A DNA stretch of 64,000 bases from an uncultured candidatus Brocadiaceae bacterium. GTDB taxonomy: Bacteria; Planctomycetota; Brocadiia; SM23-32. The stretch covers positions 3,594 to 67,593 of the forward strand of contig CAYVBE010000002.1 in assembly GCA_964448935.1 (NCBI GenBank), given 5' to 3'. The translations under genes were made by a program, and so were the position numbers. The notes beneath the pieces are model-generated. The model saw only the letters and a list, made by a program, of their open reading frames with translations, ran no database searches and was not told the origin of the DNA. This document shows, one piece after another, positions 9,540-18,949 of the stretch (the stretch's first letter is position 1; each line of letters begins with the position of its first letter).

Positions 9540-10457
9540 ATGGCCTGGATAGCTTATACTGTGGGAGTCGGTGCAATCGGAGCCGCTCTGCTTCTCGGGC
9601 GGGGCCTCCGGGAGGCCCGCAGCTACACCGTGCGCCGCGTCAAACTGCCCGCGGCCGTCACCCGGCTGCCGCCGCTCAAACTGCTTCACATCACCGACAC
9701 GCACTTCAACGGTCGCGACGACCGGCTGCTGCAATTCCTGGAGGGTCTGACAGAGGAGGAGTTCGACCTGGTCGCTTACACGGGTGATCTCATCCACCAT
9801 AAGGGCGGGGTGGCCAGCTTGCGGCGGATGGTGAGCATGTTCCGGCCGCGCCTGGGGAGTTTTGCCGTGCTCGCCGGTCACGACTACGTTCATGTGGGAA
9901 CCGTTGAGTCGTACCTGAAACTTCTGCTGCCGAGAAGGCCGCACCAGCGCCGGCCCACGAACCCCGTGGGGAAGATCAAGGGCGCGCTGAGAGACGCGGA
10001 CGTCCATCTGCTGCAGGATACGCACCACGTGCTGGAGACCGGAAAGGGACGTCCGCTGGCCGTCGTAGGTCTGAAGGATGCCTATCTATACCGCCCCTCC
10101 GTGCGACATGCATGGAAGAAGCTGCCCCCGGACATGCCGGTGCTGGCCCTGGCCCACTCGCCGGACGTGCTGCCGGCGCTGGCGCAGCGCGGGGCGGACG
10201 TGGCCCTGTTCGGGCACACGCACGGCGGGCAGATACGGCTGCCCTTCCTGGGCGCATTGGTAACACGCACAGACCTGCCGAGGCGCGCCGCGCGCGGGGT
10301 TTTCCACATGGGGCGGACCATCGCCTCCGTCAGCGCCGGCCTGGGGACGGCCCCCGCGTATCCCGTGCGGCTGCTCTGCCCTCCTGAGGCAGTGATCGTC
10401 GAGATAGCTTGCCCGCCGGAGGACGCCACCTCAATCCGGGAACTTGACCTTGGCTGA
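9540..10457 (+). CDS. Membrane-anchored metallophosphoesterase (calcineurin-like, YkuE-type)
   Basis: N-terminal TM helix, then the metallophosphoesterase motifs LHITDTHF, TGDLIH, GHDY and LFGHTHGGQIRLP. Confidence 0.85.
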   Translation: MAWIAYTVGVGAIGAALLLGRGLREARSYTVRRVKLPAAVTRLPPLKLLHITDTHFNGRDDRLLQFLEGLTEEEFDLVAYTGDLIHHKGGVASLRRMVSMFRPRLGSFAVLAGHDYVHVGTVESYLKLLLPRRPHQRRPTNPVGKIKGALRDADVHLLQDTHHVLETGKGRPLAVVGLKDAYLYRPSVRHAWKKLPPDMPVLALAHSPDVLPALAQRGADVALFGHTHGGQIRLPFLGALVTRTDLPRRAARGVFHMGRTIASVSAGLGTAPAYPVRLLCPPEAVIVEIACPPEDATSIRELDLG

Positions 10458-11319
10458 GAACACGCAAGTGGCCGATCTGGTCCGCCGCGCCAGGCGGCTC
10501 CGGCTGCGGGTGCTCAGGCAGGTGCGCACACACCTTGCCGGCTGCTACGCCAGTGCGTTTCGGGGAGCGGGCATTGAGTTCGAGAGCGTGCGGCCGTATG
10601 AGCCCGGCGACGACGTGCGGCGCATTGACTGGCGCGTGACCGCGCGGCGCCCGACCGTTTACGTGCGGCAGTATCAGCAGGAACGGGAACTGCGGGTTCT
10701 GCTGGCGCTGGACGTGAGCGATTCCATGCACATCGGGCCGGCGGAGGACGCGCCCGTCCGGCGCGCCCTGCTCGTGGCGGCTGCGCTGGGTCTGGCGGCC
10801 GCTGAGAACGGCGACCGCGTGGGCGCCCTGCTGTTCGGGCGGGAGGTGCTGGACGCCGTGCCGACGCGCGGCGGGGAGCGGCACGTCCTCAGCATTCTGA
10901 GGCGGGCGCTGGAGGCCCGTCCGGCCGGACCGGCCACCGATCTGATGCCGCTGCTCTCTCAACTGCGCAACTGCCGGGGGCACGTGGTGTGCGTGCTGCT
11001 GAGCGACTTTCTGACCACGCCTCCCGTATGGCGGCCGGACGTCCGGCGCGCGCTGGCGGGCGTGGCACGCAAGCACCACCTGATGGCCGTGCAGTTTCCC
11101 GCCTGCGCCAACCTGCCGGCGGGCGTGGTGTGGGACGGCGCGGACCCGGAATCGGGCCAACGCATCCGGCTGGACGCTTCACGCGGCGAGGATGCCCCCA
11201 TGCGGCGCCACCGAAGGCGCGTGCGGGAGACGGTGCTCCGGTGCGGCGCGCCGTTCGCGGAGATCGCCCCCGGAACGGCGCCCATCCCGGCGCTGCACCG
11301 TCTGCTGGCAACCCGTTGA
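10444..11319 (+). CDS. DUF58 domain protein (vWA-like, MoxR-associated family)
   Basis: FRGAGIEFESVRPYEPGDDVRRIDWRVTARRPTVYVRQYQQERELRVLLALDVSDSM is the DUF58 hallmark. The start is uncertain: TTG 10444 overlaps the previous gene by 14 nt, and GTG 10468 is an alternative. Confidence 0.8.
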   Translation: MTLAENTQVADLVRRARRLRLRVLRQVRTHLAGCYASAFRGAGIEFESVRPYEPGDDVRRIDWRVTARRPTVYVRQYQQERELRVLLALDVSDSMHIGPAEDAPVRRALLVAAALGLAAAENGDRVGALLFGREVLDAVPTRGGERHVLSILRRALEARPAGPATDLMPLLSQLRNCRGHVVCVLLSDFLTTPPVWRPDVRRALAGVARKHHLMAVQFPACANLPAGVVWDGADPESGQRIRLDASRGEDAPMRRHRRRVRETVLRCGAPFAEIAPGTAPIPALHRLLATR

Positions 11320-11327
11320 GGGGGACT

Positions 11328-12017
11328 TCAGCCCTCGATTCCCAACCGCTCTTTGCACTCGTCCAGCATCGTGACCGTGCGGCTGGCGCCCACGCGGGTG
11401 ACGCCCAGCTCGCGGACCTCCAGCAGCGCGTCCAGGGAGCGCACGCCGCCGGCCGCCTTGACCTGGATGTGGTCGGGCGAGTATTCGCGCATGAGCTTCA
11501 GGTCGTGGTGCGTCGCCCCGCCCGTGCCGTAGCCGGTCGAGGTCTTGACGAAGTCGGGCCCGACCTCGCCGCAGATCTCGCAGAGCTTCTTTTTGTGATC
11601 GTCCTCGAGGTAGCAGTTCTCGAAGATCACCTTGACCAGGGCCTCCTCGGCGTGTCCGCGCTCGACAACGGCAGCGATGTCGGCCTGCACGTAGTCCCAA
11701 TCGCCGGAGAGCACCTTGCCGATGTTCACCACCATGTCCAGCTCTTGGGCGCCGTCCCCCAGCGCGGTCTCCGCCTCGGCGACCTTGATGGACGTGGCGT
11801 GGCCCCCGTGGGGAAAGCCGACCGTTGTGGTCGGCTTGACGCAGGTTCCTTCGAGCATCTCGGCCGCCCGCGACAGGTAATAGGGTTTGATGCAGACGGT
11901 GATCACCTCATACTCCATGGCGATGCGGCAGCCCTCCTCCAACTCCTCGTCCGTCATGACCGGATTGAGGAGCGAGTGGTCAATCATCTTCGCGATGGCG
12001 TCATACGTGTAATCCAT
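11328..12017 (-). CDS. deoC: Deoxyribose-phosphate aldolase family (DeoC-type class I aldolase)
   Basis: IDHSLLNP...VCIKP...TTVGFPHGGH...ELDMVVNIG...VKVIFENCYL...FVKTSTGY...VKAAGGVR (Schiff-base Lys context). ATG 12017 is preceded by GGAGA; the track start 12035 is TTG. Confidence 0.85.
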   Translation of the reverse strand: MDYTYDAIAKMIDHSLLNPVMTDEELEEGCRIAMEYEVITVCIKPYYLSRAAEMLEGTCVKPTTTVGFPHGGHATSIKVAEAETALGDGAQELDMVVNIGKVLSGDWDYVQADIAAVVERGHAEEALVKVIFENCYLEDDHKKKLCEICGEVGPDFVKTSTGYGTGGATHHDLKLMREYSPDHIQVKAAGGVRSLDALLEVRELGVTRVGASRTVTMLDECKERLGIEG

Positions 12018-12056
12018 CTCTGTCTCCACAGGCAAAGTAACAGGACTTCCGTCGAA

Positions 12057-12971
12057 TCAGACCACGAACTGACGCAGGAACCCGGCGCTCTGGCGCAGTG
12101 CCCGCTTCCTGGACTCGATGTCCACCTCATAGGCGCGGTCCTCGACCTCCACGCAGACCGGACCGTCATAGCCGACGTCCGTCAGCACGGAGAAGAACCG
12201 CCCCCAGTCCACGTCGCCCAGCCCCGGCAGTTTCGGGGAGTGGAATTCCAGCGGTGTGGCCAGAATGCCCACGTCGTTCAGCCGCTCCGGATCAACGCGC
12301 ACGTCCTTGGCATGGACGTGGAAGATACGGTCGGCGAACTCCCGCAGCGGCCGGACGGGGTCTATCTGCTGCCATACCAGGTGGGAGGGGTCGTAGTTGA
12401 GCCCGAAATTCTCGGCCGGTATCTCCTCGAACATCCGGCGCCAGACGGACGGCGAATGCGCCAGGTTCTTGCCGCCCGGCCATTCGTCTTCGGTGAACAG
12501 CATGGGGCAGTTCTCGATGCCGATCCGCACGTCCTTCTCGGCGGCGAACTCGACCAGCGGCGGCCAGACCTGCAGGAACCGCGGCCAGTTCTCCTCGACG
12601 GACCGCATCGGGTCCCGGCCGATGAAGGTGTTGACCACGCCCACGTCCAGCAGCCGCGCTGCCTCGATCACCCTCTTCAGATGCTCGGCGTACGTGGCCG
12701 ATGCCTCGGCGTCCGGCACGAGCGGGTTGGGATAGTAGCCGAGACCGCTGATGGTGACGCCGCTGGATTCCGCCACCGCCAGCACGCGGTCGGCGTCCGA
12801 TCCGTCGAAACCCACCACGTCCACGTGCGTGACTCCGGCGTAGCGGCGCTCCGCCTTGCCGGTGGGCCAGCACATCAGTTCCACGCAGTCGAAGCCCTCT
12901 TGAGAAGCGATCTGCATCACTTCTTCCAGCGACAGGTCCGGCAGTATAGCGCTGACAAAACCAAGCTTCAT
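12057..12971 (-). CDS. Sugar phosphate isomerase/epimerase (xylose isomerase-like TIM barrel)
   Basis: Typical family pattern (GFDCVEL..., [23 protein letters not shown]). Its ATG overlaps the stop of the upstream oxidoreductase (ATGA at 12968-12971). Confidence 0.85.
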   Translation of the reverse strand: MKLGFVSAILPDLSLEEVMQIASQEGFDCVELMCWPTGKAERRYAGVTHVDVVGFDGSDADRVLAVAESSGVTISGLGYYPNPLVPDAEASATYAEHLKRVIEAARLLDVGVVNTFIGRDPMRSVEENWPRFLQVWPPLVEFAAEKDVRIGIENCPMLFTEDEWPGGKNLAHSPSVWRRMFEEIPAENFGLNYDPSHLVWQQIDPVRPLREFADRIFHVHAKDVRVDPERLNDVGILATPLEFHSPKLPGLGDVDWGRFFSVLTDVGYDGPVCVEVEDRAYEVDIESRKRALRQSAGFLRQFVV

Positions 12972-14134
12972 TCCGCACCTCCTTCCACGTCAACCCAGCC
13001 GCCTTCGCGGTGGCTCTTCAGGATGGCCTCGCAGAGCACCACCTCGCGGTGGCCGTCCTCGAAGGTGGCAAAAGGCATCGCCCCGGTCTGTTGCCGCCCG
13101 GCGATGTGGTCGTAGAACGCCCGGAACGACTGCTTGAACGTGTCCGGGAAGCCCTCATTGTGGCCGCCGGGGAAGTTGGCAAACGGCGCCGCCGGCTCCG
13201 AGAGCAGCGCCGGGTCGCGCAGCAGGACTTCGTTCGCCTCGTCCCGGTGCCCTATCCACAACTCGTTGGGCGATTCACTCTCCCAGGACAGCGCGCGTTC
13301 CGACCCTGCTATCTCGTAGCGCAGGCAGTTCTTGCGCCCGGCCGTGACCTGGGAGACCCACAGAACGCCGCGCGCCCCGCCGCTGAACCGGAGCATTATG
13401 CCGCCGTAGTCCTCGGTGTCAATCTCCACCGGCTCGGTCTCCACGGCCATCTTGTCCACTTTGCCCTTGAAGGTCTCCACCTCGCCGGTAGGCCGCTGGC
13501 GGATGTCGAAGACGGTGTGCAGGTCCGCGCAGAGCGCCTCCACCTCCAGGTCGGTGATGGCGTGGATCAGGTCCAGCCAGTGCGTGCCGATGTCGGCCAC
13601 CGCGCGCAGGTCCCCGCCTTCCTTCTTCAGAACGCGCCAGTTGTAATCGGTCTCGTAGAACAGCCAGTCCTGCACGTAACTGCCGCAGACCGAATGGACC
13701 TCGCCCAGGCGGCCGTCGCGCATCATCGCCGCCGCCTCCAGGCAGAGCGGATAGAAGCGCATGTTGTAATTGACCGCTCCCACCAGGCCCTTCTCCTCGG
13801 CGAGTTCTACGAGCCGGCCCGTCTCGTCGGAGTTCATGGCCAGCGGCTTTTCGCACAGCACGTGTTTGCCGGCGTTCAGGGCGTCACGTGCCATGGAAAA
13901 GTGCAGGCGGTTTGGCGCCGCCACGTGGACCACGTCCACCTCCTCGTCGGCCAGAAGCTCATCGAGCCCCGTGTAGGCGGTCTCCAGGCCCATCGCCTCC
14001 GCGCCGCTCCGCGACTCCTCCTCGGAGACGCCCAGTATACCCTTGACGCGAACACCGAGGCGCCCCAGCGCCTCCACGTGCACCGGGCCGATGAATCCCG
14101 CACCGATCACAGCACTGGTAAGGTCGTATCGCAT
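12968..14134 (-). CDS. Gfo/Idh/MocA family oxidoreductase
   Basis: N-terminal Rossmann motif [16 protein letters not shown] and EKPLA motif (VLCEKPLAM). ATG 14134 is preceded by GGAGGAG. The 91 extra N-terminal codons of track ORF 12968..14407 have no family support. Confidence 0.85.
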   Translation of the reverse strand: MRYDLTSAVIGAGFIGPVHVEALGRLGVRVKGILGVSEEESRSGAEAMGLETAYTGLDELLADEEVDVVHVAAPNRLHFSMARDALNAGKHVLCEKPLAMNSDETGRLVELAEEKGLVGAVNYNMRFYPLCLEAAAMMRDGRLGEVHSVCGSYVQDWLFYETDYNWRVLKKEGGDLRAVADIGTHWLDLIHAITDLEVEALCADLHTVFDIRQRPTGEVETFKGKVDKMAVETEPVEIDTEDYGGIMLRFSGGARGVLWVSQVTAGRKNCLRYEIAGSERALSWESESPNELWIGHRDEANEVLLRDPALLSEPAAPFANFPGGHNEGFPDTFKQSFRAFYDHIAGRQQTGAMPFATFEDGHREVVLCEAILKSHREGGWVDVEGGAE

Positions 14135-14305
14135 GTTGCTCCTCCAAAACGCAGATTCCGAGGCAAAGCAGGCTTTCGCGCCGCAGCCGGCGAGAGCCGG
14201 CCAGGGATCCCCCCACCTCACGTTGGGACTATATGCCGGGCGCCCTCCGCTGTCAAGCGCGTAAATGCCGAGGGCGCCGGAGCGCCCCGCAAGTCGGTTG
14301 TTCCA

Positions 14306-14334
14306 TTGACAAAAGCGCCCCGTCGCTATACCAT
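14306..14334 (+). promoter_or_regulatory. Candidate promoter upstream of rpsR (TTGACA-17 nt-TACCAT)
   Basis: Consensus -35 TTGACA at 14306-14311 and a TAnnnT -10 at 14329-14334. Confidence 0.5.
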
Positions 14335-14490
14335 GTTCTGTGTATCGGGCAGCCTTTGAAGATGCTATTCTGCCCGGCGACGCCCACCGTCGTGCCGCGG
14401 GGTCCATTTCGTCGATTCCGTCGGCGTACCCTTTTGCGCCGGGAGCACCGGCTGAGAGACCTCAACAGAGAGTCCAGGGAGCCCCCAAAA

Positions 14491-14730
14491 GTGGCTGCAC
14501 GAAGAAGAAGAAGAAGTAGTAGTAGACGCACCTCCGGCAAACGCTGCCGATTCTGCCGCGACCAGGTTGAGAAAGTGGATTACAAAGATGTGGACAGTCT
14601 GAAACGGCTTATGTCGGGCGAGGCTGCCATGTTTGGCAAGAAGCGGTCCGGCAATTGCTCGCGCCACCAGCGCATGGTCAAAGGCGCTATCAAGCGCGCG
14701 CGCTACCTTGCCCTGCTGCCCTACGAGTAA
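14491..14730 (+). CDS. rpsR: 30S ribosomal protein S18
   Basis: ...GKRCRFCRDQVEKVDYKDVDSLKRLMSGEAAMFGKKRSGNCSRHQRMVKGAIKRARYLALLPYE is an unmistakable S18 core. GTG 14491 is preceded by AGGGAG 10 nt upstream and gives 79 aa. In-frame upstream starts (ATG 14362, track start 14233) cannot be excluded. Confidence 0.8.
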   Translation: MAARRRRRSSSRRTSGKRCRFCRDQVEKVDYKDVDSLKRLMSGEAAMFGKKRSGNCSRHQRMVKGAIKRARYLALLPYE

Positions 14731-14758
14731 AGGCGCACCCCGCCGGGCCGCCGTGCCG

Positions 14759-14787
14759 TTGACAATCCGCCGCGTCCAACCCATAAT
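14759..14787 (+). promoter_or_regulatory. Candidate promoter of the DapA-family/pilT gene string (TTGACA-17 nt-CATAAT)
   Basis: -35 TTGACA at 14759-14764 and -10 CATAAT at 14782-14787, just after the rpsR stop. Confidence 0.55.
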
Positions 14788-14919
14788 AAGGCCCGGTCGC
14801 CGGGCAGAGCGGCAAAGTGGGCGGGCCTTGCAGTCGCGCGCCGTGGTTGACGCCGCAGCAGTGCCCGGTGGCTTGCGCAGTTGCCCCGTCTTTCTGCTCA
14901 AATCGGGAGTGTAGGCGCC

Positions 14920-15978
14920 GTGGTTGATAATCTTGAAGGTTGCTATACGGCCCTCGCCACGCCTATGAGCGCGGGGCAGCCGGACGAAGTTGACTACGAG
15001 GCCATGCGGCGCCTGGTCGAGTTCCAGGTGGCCGGCGGCGTCAGCGGCATACTGGCCGTCGGCACCACCGGCGAAAGCCCCGCCCTGAACTGGGAAGAGC
15101 ACGCCCGCGTCATCATTAAAGTCCATCAATACGTCGCGGACCGTTGCCTGGTGATCGGCGGCACCGGCTCCAACTGCACCCGCGAGTCCCTCAGCAGCAC
15201 CCACCACGTCTGCGAGAACGGCATCGAGGCCGTCCTGCTGGTCGAGCCCTACTACAACGGGCCCAGCTCCATCGAGATCCGCAAGGAATACATGGAGCCG
15301 GTGGCCCGCGAGTTCCCCGACGTGGAGGTCATCCCCTACGTCATTCCCGGCCGTTCCGGCACGCAGATGCTCCCCGAGGACCTCGCCCTGCTCGCGCAGG
15401 ACTGCCCCAACGTCAACTCCGTCAAGGAAGCCAGCGCCGACATCGAGAACATGCGGCGCACGCGCGAGTGCTGCGGCGCAGACTTCAGCATTCTGAGCGG
15501 CGACGACGGCATGACCGCCCGGATGATGACGGACGAAGCCGTGGGAGCATGCGGCGTCGTCAGCGTGGTCTCCAACGTGGTGCCGGCGGCGGTGCAGCAG
15601 ATGACGGAGGCGTTCCTCAACGGGGACGAGGAGGAGGGACGGCGGCTGGCCGAGGCGCTGCAGCCGCTGTTCGATATTGTGACCGTGAAGACGCAGGAGC
15701 CCAGCCCCTGGGGGGAGCGCCTGTGCAAGGCCCGCAATCCCCTGCCGATCAAGACGTTGATGTGCCTGCTGGGAATGCCGGTCGGCGGCGTGCGGCGGCC
15801 CCTGGGCAAGATGACACCCGCCGGGCTGGAGGTCGTGGCTCAGGCGGCCAAGAACGTCTGGCAGAAAAACCCGGAAATCCTCGAACCGATTGCAGCGGCG
15901 TTCGAGGTGGACATCGGGCAGCGCCTGACCGATCCCGATTGCCGCCGGGGTCTGGCCTATGACAGAGGGCAGTTCTGA
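14920..15978 (+). CDS. Dihydrodipicolinate synthase (DapA/NAL) family protein with C-terminal extension
   Basis: ALATPM...VDYEA...GILAVGTTGESPAL...EPYYNGPS...VKEAS (catalytic Lys context). I chose GTG 14920, with GGGAG 10 nt upstream; the track start 14881 is TTG. About 60 aa longer than typical DapA. Confidence 0.8.
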   Translation: MVDNLEGCYTALATPMSAGQPDEVDYEAMRRLVEFQVAGGVSGILAVGTTGESPALNWEEHARVIIKVHQYVADRCLVIGGTGSNCTRESLSSTHHVCENGIEAVLLVEPYYNGPSSIEIRKEYMEPVAREFPDVEVIPYVIPGRSGTQMLPEDLALLAQDCPNVNSVKEASADIENMRRTRECCGADFSILSGDDGMTARMMTDEAVGACGVVSVVSNVVPAAVQQMTEAFLNGDEEEGRRLAEALQPLFDIVTVKTQEPSPWGERLCKARNPLPIKTLMCLLGMPVGGVRRPLGKMTPAGLEVVAQAAKNVWQKNPEILEPIAAAFEVDIGQRLTDPDCRRGLAYDRGQF

Positions 15979-17116
15979 CCCACCCCCAGACGGGAATAAA
16001 AGGGACATGGCAAAGCAGAAGCAAAAAGAGAACATACGGCTGGACGCGTTCTTCAACCAGATGCCCGACCTGGGCGCCAGCGACCTGCACCTGAAGGCCG
16101 ACAATCCGCCGTTGTTCCGCGTGGACGGCTCCCTGCACCGCGCCAAATCGGAGGCGCTCTCGGGGGACCAGATAGAGTCGCTGGTCGGTGAGTTGCTGGG
16201 CAGCGAGATGATGGCGGAGCTGTTCGAGAAAGGCAGCGTGGACCTGGGTCGGGACGTGGCCGGCGGTCGGGTGCGCATCAACGTCTTTCTGCAGAAGGGC
16301 CGCGTGGGTCTGGTGGCCCGCATGCTGGAGGACTACATACCCACGCTGGAAGAGCTGCACCTGCCGGATGCCCTGGAGCGTGTGGTAGACATAAAGCAGG
16401 GCCTTTTCCTGGTTTGCGGCATTACTGGGTCCGGCAAGTCCACCAGCCTGGCATCGCTCATCAACCTGATCAACAAGAGACACCGCTACCACATCCTGAC
16501 CATCGAAGACCCGATCGAATACCTGCACCACGACGAAAAGAGCATCGTGAACCAGCGAGAGATCGGGCTGGACTGTCAGAGCTGGGAGGACGGGCTGCGC
16601 GCGGGTGTGCGGGAGGATCCTGACGTGATTCTGGTGGGCGAGATGCGGGACCAGGAGACCTTTCACGCCGGGCTTGTGGCGGCGGAGACCGGCCACCTGG
16701 TGTTCGGCACGCTCCACACCTCCAGTGCCGCCGGCACCATCGGGCGGATCCTGGACCTGTTCCCCACCGAGCGCCACTCGCTGATCCGCCAGAGCCTGGC
16801 CTTCAACGTCCAGGGAATCCTGTGCCAGAAACTCGTCCCCTCTTTCCGCGAGGACATCAGCGTGGTGCCCGCAGTGGAACTGATGTTCACCAACGCCTCC
16901 ATCCGGCAGGCCATCGAGGAAGGCGAGGACGAACGCATCAACGACCTCATCGGCGTCGGCACCCAGGAGGACATGAAAACCTGGACCGACTCGTTCGTCG
17001 AGATCATCCAGGCCGGCTACGTCGAGAAGAAAGTGGCCATGCAGTACGCCCCCAATAAGGACGCCCTGGCCATGGCCCTGCGCGGCATAGACGTCGCCAA
17101 GCCGTCCATCGGATAA
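15959..17116 (+). CDS. pilT: Type IV pilus retraction ATPase PilT family
   Basis: ASDLHLKADNPPLFRVDGSL, Walker A GITGSGKST, Asp box TIEDPIEY, Walker B DPDVILVGEMRD, His box TGHLVFGTLHT. Alternative start at ATG 16007. Confidence 0.85.
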   Translation: MTEGSSDPPPDGNKRDMAKQKQKENIRLDAFFNQMPDLGASDLHLKADNPPLFRVDGSLHRAKSEALSGDQIESLVGELLGSEMMAELFEKGSVDLGRDVAGGRVRINVFLQKGRVGLVARMLEDYIPTLEELHLPDALERVVDIKQGLFLVCGITGSGKSTSLASLINLINKRHRYHILTIEDPIEYLHHDEKSIVNQREIGLDCQSWEDGLRAGVREDPDVILVGEMRDQETFHAGLVAAETGHLVFGTLHTSSAAGTIGRILDLFPTERHSLIRQSLAFNVQGILCQKLVPSFREDISVVPAVELMFTNASIRQAIEEGEDERINDLIGVGTQEDMKTWTDSFVEIIQAGYVEKKVAMQYAPNKDALAMALRGIDVAKPSIG

Positions 17117-17140
17117 CTTGTTAACGGACCCCCACGAAAC

Positions 17141-18949
17141 ATGGAAAAGCGACCCGGGCGGAAGGCGGTCTTGCTCGTAGCAGCACTTTTCACCTTGCTG
17201 GTCGTAGGCGCGGACCTGGCGGCCGCCCAGACGGAAGGGACGGAAGCCGCTGCCGCCTCCGAAGCCCCGGCGGAGCCCGGGCCCGAACCGGCCGCGCCCC
17301 CCGCCACGGCTTCCCCGCCCTCAGTACCTCTCTACATGACCCCGGTCTGGCTGCTGCTTTTTGTCGGCGGCGTCGCCTTCTGGGTCTACGCCACCTCCTG
17401 GGTCAGCTTCGACGCCAAAGGCGTCGGTATGGCGGACCGCTGGTGGGCCGGCATCATGCTGGGCGCCGGGCTGGGGGGAGTCGTCCTCACACTGCTGATC
17501 CACGGAGCGGTCTCCCTGCTGCTGATCGCCATCGTGGCCGGCACGGCGATGGCCTACATCAAGAAGCGCAACCAGAAAGTGCCGGAACAGCACAGAATCT
17601 TCGGCGCGGGGCACCGGGCCTCTTTTCTGGACAAGATACCGCTGCTGGGCAAGGTGACCGGAGAATCTTCCGGCCCGGCCGTCGCGCTCTCCAGCTCGCA
17701 GGCCACGCTCGTGAACGAGCAGGGCCAGTCGCTCGACGATTTTCTGCAGGAGCACCCACAGCTTGCCGAAGCAGCCGCGCGGTTGCAGGATTTCCTTAGC
17801 CGGTGCGCCAACGCGCACGGGCAGCAAGCCAGTGTGGTGCCCTATGAGGACGGCTACGTCCTGCGGGTGCTGCTGGATGGCGTGCCCCAGAATCTGGAAG
17901 CTCTGGACCCCGATACGGCCCGGCAGATGCTCTCCTGCGTCACGGCCTTCCTGGGGCTCAAGCGCCGCGCCGGCGCAAGCGCGCGGCTGAACGTCGAGTT
18001 CGGCGCCGGCAGCGGGGTGGAAGTCGGCGCGCGGCTGCGCTCCGGCGACGCCAGCCCCGCCGTGGTGTTCGACTTCCCCGAGTGGATGCCCAACCTCTAC
18101 CAGGAGGGTCTGGAAGCGCTGGGTATGCACACGGCGCTGATCAAGCGGGTGAAGTCAGCCCTCCAGCAGGAGCGCGCCGCCGTGGTCATTTCCGGCGGAC
18201 CGCGGTCCGGCAAGACCACCACGCTGCACGCCGCGGTGGACGAGATAGACATCTTCACCCACGAGGTGCTGTGGCTGGCGGAGGAGCCGGAGCACGATCT
18301 GGGCCAGGTCCGGCAGTTCCCGTTCTCCCGCGATGAGGATTTCAAAGACGTCTTCCCGGCCGTCATGCGTGAAGCGCCGCACGTTATCCTGATGGACGAT
18401 CTGCAGAAGCCCGCGGAGGCCACGCTGCTGCTGGACTTCGCCGCCCGGGAAGGCAAGGTCCTCTGCGACATCGAAGCGCACGGAGCCTGCACCGCTCTGG
18501 CCCGGCTGGCCAAAATGGTGGACCCGCCGGATACCGTTGGCAAGTCGGTCACGTGCGTCACCTCCCAGGTGCTCGTGCGCAGGCTCTGCGTGCAGTGCCG
18601 GGAGCCCTTCGAGGCGGACCCCGAATCCGTCCAGAAACTCGGCCTCAGCGGCGAGAATCCCACCCTTTACAGGCCGGTCGGCTGCGAGGCGTGCCTCAAC
18701 TCCGGGTACCACGGGCGCATCGCCCTGTTCAGCATGCTCATCCTCACCGATCCGGTCAGGAGCGTGATGCGGGAGCCTTCCGTCACGCCGGCCGCCATAC
18801 GCAAAGCCGCCGGCAAAAAAGCCTTCAGGACGCTCTACGAAGACGGAATCGGCAAGGTGGCGGGGGGCATCACCACGCTGGACGAAGTGCGGCGAGTGCT
18901 GAGGACCAAATCCCCCAACCGCAAATCAAGGAAAAACGCGAGACAATGA
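17141..18949 (+). CDS. Signal-peptide/3-TM-anchored GspE/PilB-like NTPase-fold protein with degenerate catalytic motifs
   Basis: The N-terminus carries LLVAALFTLLVVGADLAAAQ, a P/A-rich linker and three hydrophobic helices. The C-terminal core aligns to the T2SS-E family: Walker A GGPRSGKTTT and Zn cluster CVQC...CEAC are kept. Walker B reads APHVILMDDLQK and the His box reads EGKVLCDIEAHG. Confidence 0.8.
   Translation: MEKRPGRKAVLLVAALFTLLVVGADLAAAQTEGTEAAAASEAPAEPGPEPAAPPATASPPSVPLYMTPVWLLLFVGGVAFWVYATSWVSFDAKGVGMADRWWAGIMLGAGLGGVVLTLLIHGAVSLLLIAIVAGTAMAYIKKRNQKVPEQHRIFGAGHRASFLDKIPLLGKVTGESSGPAVALSSSQATLVNEQGQSLDDFLQEHPQLAEAAARLQDFLSRCANAHGQQASVVPYEDGYVLRVLLDGVPQNLEALDPDTARQMLSCVTAFLGLKRRAGASARLNVEFGAGSGVEVGARLRSGDASPAVVFDFPEWMPNLYQEGLEALGMHTALIKRVKSALQQERAAVVISGGPRSGKTTTLHAAVDEIDIFTHEVLWLAEEPEHDLGQVRQFPFSRDEDFKDVFPAVMREAPHVILMDDLQKPAEATLLLDFAAREGKVLCDIEAHGACTALARLAKMVDPPDTVGKSVTCVTSQVLVRRLCVQCREPFEADPESVQKLGLSGENPTLYRPVGCEACLNSGYHGRIALFSMLILTDPVRSVMREPSVTPAAIRKAAGKKAFRTLYEDGIGKVAGGITTLDEVRRVLRTKSPNRKSRKNARQ

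Noticed and set aside
10989-13115. 708-aa ORF on the plus strand
   Set aside because: It is the antisense shadow of deoC and the isomerase, both of which have clear family signatures on the minus strand. Its translation is Arg/Gly/His/Pro/Val-rich with no recognisable motif, as is typical in high-GC DNA.
14135-14407. 91-codon N-terminal extension of the Gfo/Idh/MocA ORF
   Set aside because: The family N-terminus (Rossmann GxGxxG) starts right after ATG 14134, which has a GGAGGAG SD. The extension would also run through the rpsR promoter region.
14788-14919. Lysine riboswitch upstream of the DapA-family gene
   Set aside because: The leader is only about 125 nt, and I could not find the conserved L-box core elements. 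Only a short GCCCGG/CCGGGC hairpin is present.
14365-16323. 652-aa ORF on the minus strand
   Set aside because: It is antisense to rpsR, the DapA-family gene and pilT, all with unmistakable motifs on the plus strand. Its composition is low-complexity and Arg/Gly-rich.
18553-18945. N-terminal 131 codons of track ORF 18553..19650
   Set aside because: This is an out-of-frame overlap with the 3' end of the GspE-like gene. The hydrophobic CvpA-like protein begins at ATG 18946, coupled by ATGA.
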